45,523 nt of DNA, taken from IMG/VR virus record IMGVR_UViG_3300042562_001169, one strand, 5' to 3'. Below, one piece after another: positions 29,264-36,634 of the stretch. Within the stretch, counting starts at the first letter, position 1. Every line of letters begins with the position of its first letter. The position numbers and the translations under genes were made by a program. The DNA is from a virus. Taxonomy: Duplodnaviria; Heunggongvirae; Uroviricota; Caudoviricetes. The notes under the pieces are model-generated. The model saw only the letters and a list, made by a program, of their open reading frames with translations, had not been told where the DNA came from and searched no databases.

Positions 29264-29294
29264 TTTGGTAGAATAAAAAAAAGTAATATATTTG
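29264..29294 (+). promoter_or_regulatory. Bacteroidota-type promoter
   Basis: TTTG 29264-67, 19 nt, TATATTTG 29287-94. Confidence 0.7.
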
Positions 29295-29298
29295 CCGT

Positions 29299-29559
29299 AT
29301 GAAAACATTTGACGATTTAGTATTTAAACCACACGTAATACGTAACGGAGTTCAAGCAAAATTGGACTTAGGGAACGATATTGAAGTTTCTGTGGTTGGT
29401 GGTGAGGGATTATATGGGAATGGTGTAACTTCTTTTGAAGTTGCGGCGTTTTACAAAACTCTTGGTAAATTTGTTCCATTTGAAGATGGTGATGATATTT
29501 CAGGATGGAACTCAAAAGAAGAAGTAACAAAAATTATTAATAGATTAGAAAATTTATAA
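29299..29559 (+). CDS. Hypothetical protein
   Basis: MKTFDDL.F...GGEGLYG.G...FEVA. Confidence 0.75.
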   Translation: MKTFDDLVFKPHVIRNGVQAKLDLGNDIEVSVVGGEGLYGNGVTSFEVAAFYKTLGKFVPFEDGDDISGWNSKEEVTKIINRLENL

Positions 29560-29562
29560 ATT

Positions 29563-29829
29563 ATGCCAGATTTTAGTGCAGAAATCGATATTGATGCTTG
29601 GGATTATATCTCAGCGTGTTCAAACAGAGAGGTTAAAGAGTTAATCGAGGCTCTTGTTGAAGATGGTCATTTAGATTCATTCAACGGACAAGTTAAACCC
29701 GCAAATGTACATAATTCCCTATTGGATGATGAATGGAGCGAAACATTAAATAAACTTAGAGATTCAAGACATTTAATGTCTTCCGAAGACGAACAAAGAA
29801 TTGTTGATGTAGCAAAAAGATTGGTATAG
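29563..29829 (+). CDS. Hypothetical protein
   Basis: 88 aa ORF. Confidence 0.7.
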   Translation: MPDFSAEIDIDAWDYISACSNREVKELIEALVEDGHLDSFNGQVKPANVHNSLLDDEWSETLNKLRDSRHLMSSEDEQRIVDVAKRLV

Positions 29830-29830
29830 T

Positions 29831-30217
29831 ATGAGAAAATTAATATTATTGATATTTCTTGTAATATCATCAATCTCTTTTTCTCAAGAGAAAAGATATG
29901 AATTTGAATCGATTGATGTAAGAACACCGGATGGGTGGGATATAAAAAAAATAAAAGGAGAAGTAGTTTTTTACGAAGACAGAAAAACAAATACAATTTC
30001 AATAATTACGGAACATCGTAATAATAAAATGTATGTAAAGTCTAAACAACTGTTTATTAGACAATATAATTTTTTATACACATTAGTTGATGATTACGGT
30101 AATGAATCAAGTATTAGGATAGAATTAGAGAATATAAGTGACGATTATGTAGTATTTTACTTCTATTCTGATAGACCAGGTGAGAAGTATTTTAGGTTAT
30201 GTTTGAAAAAATGTTAA
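29831..30217 (+). CDS. Secreted hypothetical protein
   Basis: Signal peptide MRKLILLIFLVISSISFSQ. Confidence 0.7.
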   Translation: MRKLILLIFLVISSISFSQEKRYEFESIDVRTPDGWDIKKIKGEVVFYEDRKTNTISIITEHRNNKMYVKSKQLFIRQYNFLYTLVDDYGNESSIRIELENISDDYVVFYFYSDRPGEKYFRLCLKKC

Positions 30218-30222
30218 AATAA

Positions 30223-30315
30223 AATGAGTTTAGAAATTGGTGTAAAATTGTTCTTCACGGTGTTAATAATCATATTTGCTTGGTATCATATTTCAAAATT
30301 CTTAAAAAGAAAATA
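30223..30315 (+). CDS. 30-aa single-TM peptide
   Basis: MSLEIGVKLFFTVLIIIFAWYHISKFLKRK. Confidence 0.45.
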
Positions 30316-30323
30316 AAAAAATA

Positions 30324-30354
30324 TTTGACTTTTATTAAACTTTTCGTAAGTTTG
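30324..30354 (+). promoter_or_regulatory. Bacteroidota-type promoter driving tRNA leader 1
   Basis: TTTG 30324-27, 19 nt, TAAGTTTG 30347-54. Confidence 0.75.
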
Positions 30355-30401
30355 ATATAATTATAGAAAACAAAGGTAGAGATACCACAAAATTTAAAAA
30401 A

Positions 30402-30524
30402 ATGAAAAACACTAATAAACATATGAACGTCGTGATTTGGAACCAACAATTTAGTAATTGTTCGTATCCGCGTATCTCGCATACAAGTTCAGATGATTTA
30501 TCAAGTGATTTAATTTTATACTAA
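30402..30524 (+). CDS. Leader peptide 1 of tRNA block 1: MKNTNKHMNVVIWNQQFSNCSYPRISHTSSDDLSSDLILY
   Basis: 40-codon ORF between promoter and terminator; contains AGTTCAG (30486-92) complementary to the terminator 5' arm. Confidence 0.75.
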   Translation: MKNTNKHMNVVIWNQQFSNCSYPRISHTSSDDLSSDLILY

Positions 30525-30551
30525 AGATTAAACCAACAATATAAGATAAAG

Positions 30552-30583
30552 TCCTGAACTCAAAAAGTTCAGGATTTTTTTTT
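30552..30583 (+). terminator. Attenuator terminator upstream of tRNA block 1
   Basis: TCCTGAACT/AGTTCAGGA plus 9 T. Confidence 0.9.
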
Positions 30584-30635
30584 GTTTCATAATAAATGAA
30601 ATACGAACTGAAATTTCAAAAAAAATGAAACAAAG

Positions 30636-30666
30636 TTTGGAAGTTAAAAAAAAAGGATTACCTTTG
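30636..30666 (+). promoter_or_regulatory. Bacteroidota-type promoter immediately upstream of tRNA-Ser
   Basis: TTTG 30636-39, 19 nt, TACCTTTG 30659-66. Confidence 0.75.
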
Positions 30667-30715
30667 TCCCATCAAAATAAAGGATATGTTATTTGAAATA
30701 TTGGTAAGAAAAAAT

Positions 30716-30803
30716 GGAAGGGTAAGCCAAGTCGGTCTATGGGTCGCGGTCTTGAAAACCGTTGGGGGTAACACCCGTGTGAGTTCGAGTCTCACCTCTT
30801 CCG
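30716..30803 (+). tRNA. tRNA-Ser(TGA)
   Basis: GGAAGGG/CTCTTCC, GCGGT-CTTGAAA-ACCGT, long variable arm, G73. Confidence 0.92.
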
Positions 30804-30807
30804 CGGG

Positions 30808-30895
30808 TTAGTTAAATAGTTTAATCCACACCCAAAAAAGAATGTCCGGAGCGTGTCCGGGGCGAACGTAATTGTGGTAACCGTTCATTAACTAA
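30808..30895 (+). ncRNA. Structured spacer RNA (two hairpins plus a possible pseudoknot)
   Basis: TTAGTTAA/TTAACTAA closing stem; TCCGG/CCGGG; GAACG/CGTTC; CCACA/TGTGG. Confidence 0.4.
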
Positions 30896-30904
30896 AAAAT
30901 ATTT

Positions 30905-30976
30905 TGCCCCTTCGTATATCGGTTAGTACACATGGTTTTGGTCCATGCGGGGGGAGTTCGATTCTCTCAGGGGTAA
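30905..30976 (+). tRNA. tRNA-Gln(TTG)
   Basis: TGCCCCT/AGGGGTA, CATGG-TTTTGGT-CCATG. Confidence 0.92.
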
Positions 30977-31030
30977 CAAAGGGTTCGGTGGAACCCCAAG
31001 AGTAGGTGATGAGCCTATGTCCACCAAAAC

Positions 31031-31098
31031 GCCGAGTGGTCCGGGACCAGAGACGGTTCATATCTGACTCTAGAATGGCTCAACACCATTACTCGGTA
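31031..31098 (+). tRNA. Degenerate tRNA with CAT anticodon (Met-like)
   Basis: GCCGAGT/ACTCGGT, CGG-TTCATAT-CTG, T-loop CTCAACA, reduced D-arm. Confidence 0.55.
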
Positions 31099-31154
31099 CG
31101 GATGCACTCAGATTTGTACGTTTGAGGAGTGGGAAGAATTAAAATGTGCAAATT

Positions 31155-31225
31155 GCCTTGTTGGCGTAACGGAAGCGTATTTGTTTTACATGCAAAGGGA
31201 AGTGGTTCGATTCCACTACGAGGTA
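31155..31225 (+). tRNA. tRNA-Val(TAC)
   Basis: GCCTTGT/ACGAGGT, TTTGT-TTTACAT-GCAAA. Confidence 0.9.
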
Positions 31226-31271
31226 CTAGAATGGGTTCACACTACACTGTAGGGAGTTAGGAAGTGTAATT

Positions 31272-31352
31272 GGGTAGCAAAAGTCGTTCGGATACGGCAA
31301 CCTGACTGTAAATCAGGTCTTCACGGGAGTGGTTCGAGTCCACTGTTGCCCA
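31272..31352 (+). tRNA. tRNA-Tyr(GTA)
   Basis: GGGTAGC/GTTGCCC, CCTGA-CTGTAAA-TCAGG, long variable arm. Confidence 0.9.
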
Positions 31353-31355
31353 CTA

Positions 31356-31504
31356 TGATAATGGTTTTCTCTATATTGGATGTCGACAATTCAATATGGG
31401 TTCAAGAATTCATCACCCCCCTGAAAAGGGAATGTGCCGAGGGCCTCGTAAAACTACGATTAAGCACTTAAGATTGGGGCGAGACGGGTACTCCAACATT
31501 ATTA
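31356..31504 (+). ncRNA. Structured spacer RNA
   Basis: TGATAATG/CATTATTA and TTGGA/TCCAA closing stems; internal CCC/GGG, TCGTA/TACGA, GTGC/GCAC. Confidence 0.4.
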
Positions 31505-31509
31505 TAATT

Positions 31510-31582
31510 GGGTCTTTTGTATAGATGGTTCGTACGCTAGTCTGAAGAACTAGAGGATAGGGTTCGATTCCCTGAGGACCCA
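31510..31582 (+). tRNA. tRNA-Phe(GAA)
   Basis: GGGTCTT/AGGACCC, CTAGT-CTGAAGA-ACTAG. Confidence 0.92.
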
Positions 31583-31712
31583 CAAACAAGGTGACGCTAC
31601 AGTCGTAAGATTCCGGAATCGAGAAGACAAAAAGCCTAAGTGTAAAGATGAGCTCCTACATCCTTGGACTACAACAAGCCATTTTGCGGTGAAAATCGTT
31701 GTAGTCAAAAAT

Positions 31713-31784
31713 TGCCTTGTCGTATAAAGGTTATTACGGATGACTGTTAATCATCTTATGGAGGTTCGAGTCCTCCCGGGGCAG
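31713..31784 (+). tRNA. tRNA-Asn(GTT) copy 1
   Basis: TGCCTTG/CGGGGCA, GATGA-CTGTTAA-TCATC. Confidence 0.9.
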
Positions 31785-31916
31785 CGAGGTTACCTTACAC
31801 CTCCTATATGGCACTCGGTCCGTTAAGCCGGGGAAGTGAGGTAAAAAAAAATGACTACTATTAAGGAATGATACGAGCCTGCAAAGTTCGAAAATAGTCA
31901 GGTGGTAGTCAAAATT

Positions 31917-31988
31917 GGACTTGTAGCTCAGAGGAAGAGCGGATGGTTGTTAATCATCGGGTCGGGATATCGTAATTCTCCAAGTCCG
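31917..31988 (+). tRNA. tRNA-Asn(GTT) copy 2 with atypical T-loop ATCGTAA
   Basis: GGACTTG/CAAGTCC, GATGG-TTGTTAA-TCATC. Confidence 0.8.
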
Positions 31989-32101
31989 CAAAACCTTAAA
32001 TGTGGTATCAGATACTGACAGCTCCTGCTTAAGAAGGGGTGATGGGTGTGAAAGCTGATTGAAAAGGGTACTTCTCAAACCCACATTGATAGGTGATATA
32101 T

Positions 32102-32175
32102 GGTGATTGTAGCTGAATTGGTAAAGCGTCTGATTGTGGTTCAGGAGATTGTGGGTTCGAGTCCCACCTTTCACA
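32102..32175 (+). tRNA. tRNA-His(GTG) with encoded G-1 opposite A73
   Basis: TCTGA-TTGTGGT-TCAGG; acceptor with two T.T mismatches. Confidence 0.85.
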
Positions 32176-32190
32176 CTTAAATTATGTGTT

Positions 32191-32448
32191 ATGGATGAAG
32201 ATGGAAAAATTGAAGAATTAGAGGGTCTAATTGTAGATTTAAGATTTGATTTAAAGAAATCCAAAGATAAAGAGTTGATTTACTTGGACATTTTATCCAA
32301 CATTGATAATTCGTTAAAAGTGTTGTTCAAGAGGGAACAAGAAAATGAGAGATTTAATCTTGGTGATGATGTTAATTACCGAGAATGTATTGAGAATCTA
32401 AAGTCGGCGTTGGACGAATATAAACGAGTTTATAAATTACGGTTATGA
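32191..32448 (+). CDS. Hypothetical protein (likely start 32191)
   Basis: MDEDGKIEELEG...; the upstream ORF extension lies inside tRNA-His. Confidence 0.7.
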   Translation: MDEDGKIEELEGLIVDLRFDLKKSKDKELIYLDILSNIDNSLKVLFKREQENERFNLGDDVNYRECIENLKSALDEYKRVYKLRL

Positions 32449-32498
32449 AAAAGGTATTGGATAATCTTTGAGGTCTGCTAAACAACAGACTCAAGATT

Positions 32499-32687
32499 AT
32501 GAGTGTAAACACAAACAGAATGAAACTGAACAACGCGACTTGTTCAAAAGATTACAGATTGATTTGGTTAAAGTTTGAATACTCCCCTTATTGGGATGAG
32601 GGTGTTTATTACAGAAAAGGACAATTTTCTCACAAATACAGAGAACATAAAACTTGGAAGTATAACCGAAAAACTCAATGGAAGTAA
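32499..32687 (+). CDS. Hypothetical basic protein
   Basis: 62 aa, WKYNRKTQWK end. Confidence 0.65.
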   Translation: MSVNTNRMKLNNATCSKDYRLIWLKFEYSPYWDEGVYYRKGQFSHKYREHKTWKYNRKTQWK

Positions 32688-32689
32688 AA

Positions 32690-32753
32690 TGTGTTGTTCC
32701 CGTGAGAGGGGGGTATGAAATACGAGGTAGGTTATATCATCCTACACAACACA
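32690..32753 (+). ncRNA. Four-way-junction spacer RNA
   Basis: TGTGTTGT/ACAACACA enclosing TCCC/GGGG, GTAT/ATAC and GTAGG/CCTAC. Confidence 0.4.
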
Positions 32754-32775
32754 GAGGAGTTCTTAACCTCAAAAT

Positions 32776-32867
32776 GGTCAGGTGGCGGAATTGGTAGACG
32801 CAAAGGAATGTCTAAGGTTGGTATCATTCATTCTGTCCAATTACAGGTTCGAGACCTGTCCTGACTA
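32776..32867 (+). tRNA. tRNA-like gene with Leu-type D-arm and a non-canonical 14-nt anticodon loop
   Basis: GGTCAGG/CCTGACT, ACAGG-TTCGAGA-CCTGT, GAATG/CATTC stem with loop TCTAAGGTTGGTAT. Confidence 0.6.
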
Positions 32868-32874
32868 CAAAATT

Positions 32875-32947
32875 GTCTCCATCGTTCAACTGGAAAGGAC
32901 TTATCTTTACGACAGATAGAATAGGGGTTCGAATCCTCTTGGGGACA
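32875..32947 (+). tRNA. tRNA-Arg(ACG)
   Basis: GTCTCCA/TGGGGAC, TATCT-TTACGAC-AGATA. Confidence 0.9.
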
Positions 32948-32949
32948 CA

Positions 32950-33041
32950 AAAGTAGAGACAACGAGGATGATGCGCAAATTCATTAATTAGGTTCGAATC
33001 CTAAGCCGGGGGTTTATCCCCCGGCATTGAGACTCTACTTT
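32950..33041 (+). ncRNA. tRNA-like element with a displaced T-arm
   Basis: AAAGTAGAG/CTCTACTTT enclosing TTAGG-TTCGAAT-CCTAA and an 8-bp GC hairpin. Confidence 0.45.
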
Positions 33042-33046
33042 CATTT

Positions 33047-33132
33047 GGAGAGTAAAACAATCAGGGTATTGTCACCGCCTGCTAAGCGAGTGGTTCGGTT
33101 AAATGGATGGATTTCGAGTATTCTGCTCTCCG
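33047..33132 (+). tRNA. tRNA-Ser(GCT)
   Basis: GGAGAGT/GCTCTCC, CTGCTAA loop, long variable arm, G73; weak T-stem. Confidence 0.8.
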
Positions 33133-33148
33133 CAGAAAATTAAAGATT

Positions 33149-33244
33149 ATGGAAGAAAAAGAGAAAGAAAAATTTTGGTATGAAGCAGGGTCTTTCATAA
33201 CTAAAAAAGGTATTAAAGTAACTCTTTATTTAGAGGTAAAATAG
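33149..33244 (+). CDS. 31-aa hypothetical peptide
   Basis: MEEKEKEKFWYEAGSFITKKGIKVTLYLEVK. Confidence 0.45.
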   Translation: MEEKEKEKFWYEAGSFITKKGIKVTLYLEVK

Positions 33245-33249
33245 ACATT

Positions 33250-33444
33250 ATGAAAACATTTGAAACAAAAGAATTCTTAAATGAATTAGATAAGATGGGG
33301 GTGGTTTATACAATTGATTCTAACCCGAGTCCTGAAAAAATTGAGAGATTAAAGAAAAGTATTGAAAAAAGAGATTTAAGAATTAAACAAATGGTGGAAG
33401 ATTATAATTCCGGTAAATTTGATGAAGTGATTAAATCGTTATAA
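33250..33444 (+). CDS. Hypothetical protein
   Basis: 64 aa ORF. Confidence 0.65.
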   Translation: MKTFETKEFLNELDKMGVVYTIDSNPSPEKIERLKKSIEKRDLRIKQMVEDYNSGKFDEVIKSL

Positions 33445-33446
33445 AA

Positions 33447-33559
33447 TAATTAGTTCCCCCGTTTGTTCCGTCAAGGGGTATAAAGAGACATCAATCAACG
33501 GAACCCCAAATGGAGTCCTTGCCTTAGTAGGATAAAGATGTTATAAACTCAACTAATTA
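33447..33559 (+). ncRNA. Pseudoknotted spacer RNA
   Basis: TAATTAGTT/AACTAATTA; CCCC/GGGG with loop GTTCCGT pairing to ACGGAAC; ACATC/GATGT; TCCT/AGGA. Confidence 0.5.
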
Positions 33560-33563
33560 AATT

Positions 33564-33636
33564 CTAGATGTGGGAAAGTTGGTAATCCGCTACACTTGGA
33601 CCGTAGAGACCGCTGGTTCGAGTCCAGCCATTTAGA
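33564..33636 (+). tRNA. tRNA-Pro(TGG) copy 1
   Basis: CTAGATG/CATTTAG, CTAC-A-CTTGGAC-C-GTAG. Confidence 0.85.
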
Positions 33637-33700
33637 CGAAAGGAAACTGTTACTAATTTATTGGACCTCATAGTGGGGGGAATCGTAGAATTAGAAAATT

Positions 33701-33774
33701 CGGGGTGTGGACTAAAGGCTAGTCGCCTGGTTTGGGACCAGGACATCGAGCAGATTCGATTTCTGCCACCCCGA
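33701..33774 (+). tRNA. tRNA-Pro(TGG) copy 2
   Basis: CGGGGTG/CACCCCG, CCTGG-TTTGGGA-CCAGG. Confidence 0.9.
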
Positions 33775-33840
33775 CAATTAATTAATATTATTTACTTTTT
33801 TTGAACTTATAGTATATTTATAATATAAATAAGATACATT

Positions 33841-34413
33841 ATGACTACGAGTTTGAAAGAAGATATATTAAAATTAAGGAAAGAAGGTAAAAATTATAAT
33901 GAGATTTGCGAAATATTAAATTGTTCTAAAGGGACTGTTTCATATCATTGTAATAATAATAGTGTAGGGGGTAACTATGTTAGTAATGTTAGAGAAAAGT
34001 TAACAGATGTTGAAATTGAAGAGTTAAACATATATTATAAAGACCATTCAATTGAGGAATGTATAATTAAATTTAATCTTGGCCGGTCAACAGTTATTAA
34101 ATACACGAAAAACAAATATGTTAAATTAAGTGTAGATGAATTAAGAGATAGGAATTACAATAAAGTTAAAACACATAGACAAAGGTTAAAAGAAAAATCT
34201 ATTAGTTATAAAGGTGGTTCGTGTGAAAAATGTGGATATAATAGATGTAATTCGGCGTTAGAATTCCATCATTTAGACCCTAATAAAAAAGATTTCGGGA
34301 TTGGAACATATAGTGTTTTATCTTGGGATAAAATAAAAGAAGAATTAGATAAATGTATTTTATTATGTGCGAATTGTCATAGAGAATTACATTACAATTT
34401 ACTCGGTCAGTAG
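33841..34413 (+). CDS. HTH-HNH homing endonuclease; 3' end overlaps tRNA-Ile
   Basis: HTH (NYNEICEILNCSKGTVSYH); CEKCG..LEFHHLDP..LLCANCHRELH. Confidence 0.9.
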   Translation: MTTSLKEDILKLRKEGKNYNEICEILNCSKGTVSYHCNNNSVGGNYVSNVREKLTDVEIEELNIYYKDHSIEECIIKFNLGRSTVIKYTKNKYVKLSVDELRDRNYNKVKTHRQRLKEKSISYKGGSCEKCGYNRCNSALEFHHLDPNKKDFGIGTYSVLSWDKIKEELDKCILLCANCHRELHYNLLGQ

Positions 34414-34476
34414 CTCAATCAGTAGAGCATTCGCCTGATACGCGAAAGGTAGTAGGAGCGTAGCCTACCTGACCGA
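34404..34476 (+). tRNA. tRNA-Ile(GAT) with atypical T-loop AGCGTAG
   Basis: CGGTCAG/CTGACCG, TTCGC-CTGATAC-GCGAA. Confidence 0.82.
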
Positions 34477-34558
34477 CAAATGTGGCTCACTGATTTTGAT
34501 TATTAAGCTCAAATTACTTATATTTTGAGCCAAATAATAGAGTAAAATGAGCCCAATC

Positions 34559-34629
34559 GCCCCCAAAGCTTTAAGGTGAAGCACGATACTTTTAATATCG
34601 GGAAGTTGGTTCGATACCACCTGGGGGTA
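34559..34629 (+). tRNA. tRNA-Lys(TTT)
   Basis: GCCCCCA/TGGGGGT, CGATA-CTTTTAA-TATCG. Confidence 0.88.
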
Positions 34630-34637
34630 CAAAAAAA

Positions 34638-34902
34638 ATGTTTAACTAATAAATCAAAAGTTGTGAGTAGTGTTACTTGGTCAGTATTTAGTGCTGAATA
34701 TTTTAGTGAAGTAAAAAAAGAATTAGTGTGGAGAAAACAAACTTTTCTTTATATGGGAGATTTATCCAACGTAGATATGACAACAGATTGGAGATTTAGT
34801 GATGTTGAAGGAAAAAGAAGAAAGTGTAAATTTTTAGGGTTAATAGATAATCCGGAATTTCCACTAAAAGGACCAATTAAAACATATAGAAATAATGAAT
34901 AA
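34638..34902 (+). pseudogene. Hypothetical gene with an out-of-frame ATG (possible 1-nt insertion, or a downstream GTG start)
   Basis: ATG 34638 reads M-F-N-stop, but the adjacent frame stays open to 34902. Confidence 0.35.
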
Positions 34903-35401
34903 GTACGGAAAAACATTGGTTTTGGATTCAAGTTATATGCCAAGGTCTATCATAAACACTGAAAGGGCTTTTGTAATAACTTATAAAGGTAATGCAAGTG
35001 TAATTGCCGAACATCCGGAATCATTTAATCTAATCAATCCTGAATTAGATATTAAGAAACCTTCAATCATAAGGGTTTATAAATACGTGAATCAACCAAT
35101 TCATAAAGTTCCATTAAGTAGAGAGAATGTTTATCGTAGAGATAACTTTGAGTGTGTTTACTGTGGGTGTGATAATCGTAAGACATTGACATTAGACCAC
35201 GTAATACCCCAATCTAAAGGGGGTAAAGACGCGTGGGACAACTTGGTTACCGCTTGTAGAAGATGTAATGGTGAGAAGTCCAATTTGACTTTGGAAGAGT
35301 ATGGTAAAGAAATCCCCCAACCAAGACGACCACACTATTTAATGATGATGAAACAAGTTCATTATGTTCCAAAAGAATGGGAAGATTATTTGTTTATTTA
35401 A
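34895..35401 (+). CDS. HNH endonuclease (bacterial-type)
   Basis: SRENVYRRDNFECVYCG...LTLDHVIPQSKGG..WDNLVTACRRCN. Confidence 0.9.
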   Translation: MNKYGKTLVLDSSYMPRSIINTERAFVITYKGNASVIAEHPESFNLINPELDIKKPSIIRVYKYVNQPIHKVPLSRENVYRRDNFECVYCGCDNRKTLTLDHVIPQSKGGKDAWDNLVTACRRCNGEKSNLTLEEYGKEIPQPRRPHYLMMMKQVHYVPKEWEDYLFI

Positions 35402-35419
35402 AAAATAGTTATATCTTTG
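35389..35419 (+). promoter_or_regulatory. Bacteroidota-type promoter inside tRNA block 1
   Basis: TTTG 35389-92, 19 nt, TATCTTTG 35412-19. Confidence 0.7.
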
Positions 35420-35435
35420 TCAAAAATTAATAGAT

Positions 35436-35597
35436 ATGACAATGGAACAAGAAATTTTAGGTTTTACAAATTGGTTATACACTAACAATTGGAAACTAAT
35501 TGGTGATGGTATGTGTTTGAATCTTGAAACAAAGGAAATTGGTTATATTAACGAACTAATGGTCGAATATGAACTAATTGCCGAATATAAAGAATAG
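35436..35597 (+). CDS. Hypothetical protein (53 aa)
   Basis: MTMEQEILGFTNW...; downstream of the promoter. Confidence 0.6.
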   Translation: MTMEQEILGFTNWLYTNNWKLIGDGMCLNLETKEIGYINELMVEYELIAEYKE

Positions 35598-35602
35598 AAA
35601 TT

Positions 35603-35845
35603 ATGATACCAAAAAATGAAATGGTTGAAGGTTGGTATAAGGGTTTCTGTAGAAACAATTATATGGCTTTTTGGGACGGAGAGAAGTTCCAATACATCCG
35701 ATATAAGTTCGGGTATCGTTTGGATACCATAGAACATTTTGAAGATGTTAAAGAACAAAGATTAGATGGGTTTGTCCCGGTTGAGAGAATTGAAAGATTA
35801 ACTCCGGAGGAACAATGGAATGAAAAAAATGAAATAGGATATTAA
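35603..35845 (+). CDS. Hypothetical protein
   Basis: 80 aa ORF. Confidence 0.7.
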   Translation: MIPKNEMVEGWYKGFCRNNYMAFWDGEKFQYIRYKFGYRLDTIEHFEDVKEQRLDGFVPVERIERLTPEEQWNEKNEIGY

Positions 35846-35846
35846 G

Positions 35847-36446
35847 ATGATAGATAATATAAAAGAAATCAAAGAATTACTGAATTTCTCGGACAAAAAC
35901 GATTTCTATATGTTATACGTTTTCAAGAGAAAAAAGGACCAACCTGAGGGTGAGAGAGATAATCACCAATCGGTTAGAACAATCAAAACATATTGTATTG
36001 ACAGCATTGAACATCTTGATAAGAGATACGATGAAATCAAACAATTATGTGAGATGTTCAAGGCAAGAGCTTACATTCACGTTCAGAAACAAAACCATAT
36101 GGATGTTTCTTTGGAAATGATGATGTCGTTAGCTGAGAGAATTAAAAATGGTGTGAAAAACCAAAAGGGTTTATTTGATTCCGTTGTGGGTCAAATCAAA
36201 ACACAAGAAAAAAGATGGATTGTAGATATTGATACAACTGACCCTGATTTTTTATATGAAGTTGCGGATTTTATTAAAGACCTTAAACCAGTTGGTTTTA
36301 AAGTTGAAAAAGTAATACCTACCAAAAATGGTAGACATTTAATCACATCTCGATTCGATGTTAAAACATTTAGTGAAAAATACCCGGATGTTGATATTCA
36401 AAAGAAAAATCCAACATTATTGTATTATCCAAATAGTTTAGATTAA
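35847..36446 (+). CDS. Hypothetical protein with AEP (primase-polymerase)-like motifs
   Basis: WIVDID and PTKNGRHLI. Confidence 0.55.
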   Translation: MIDNIKEIKELLNFSDKNDFYMLYVFKRKKDQPEGERDNHQSVRTIKTYCIDSIEHLDKRYDEIKQLCEMFKARAYIHVQKQNHMDVSLEMMMSLAERIKNGVKNQKGLFDSVVGQIKTQEKRWIVDIDTTDPDFLYEVADFIKDLKPVGFKVEKVIPTKNGRHLITSRFDVKTFSEKYPDVDIQKKNPTLLYYPNSLD

Positions 36447-36625
36447 ACAACACATAGAAAAACGGACAATAGAGGCGTAAATTGGTTAGTCCACGCCCCG
36501 ATATAGCATTAGCCTATATTGTGACGACTCTAAACACCCCAAGAAGTGTTATGTTTTGTTGAGTAAGGTAAGAGAAGGTTGAAAGTCCAAAACATACTTA
36601 TCCCAACTTGGTGGATGTGTTGTTT
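36445..36625 (+). ncRNA. Repeated structured RNA motif, copy 1
   Basis: 11-bp closing stem; shares CAAGAAGTGTTATGTTT(T)GTTGAGTAAG with 39891-40077. Confidence 0.65.
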
Positions 36626-36634
36626 TTATTAAAT

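Noticed and set aside
31790-31844. Twister ribozyme (CGG-TCCGTTAAGC-CGGG resembles the twister P4/L4 region)
   Set aside because: The required UAA and GAGGG strands of L1 cannot be placed in either the linear or the permuted order. Kept only as a generic structured spacer.
32811-32824. CTA in the loop of the 32776 tRNA-like gene as an amber suppressor, implying stop-codon recoding
   Set aside because: The loop is 14 nt and non-canonical. Long genes such as dnaK read through in the standard code and several genes end in TAG. The TAA at 37011 is a Leu anticodon, not an ochre suppressor.
36445-36625. T-box riboswitch (S-turn-like AGTA/GAA, next to tRNAs)
   Set aside because: No T-box UGGNACC bulge, specifier loop or regulated downstream gene.
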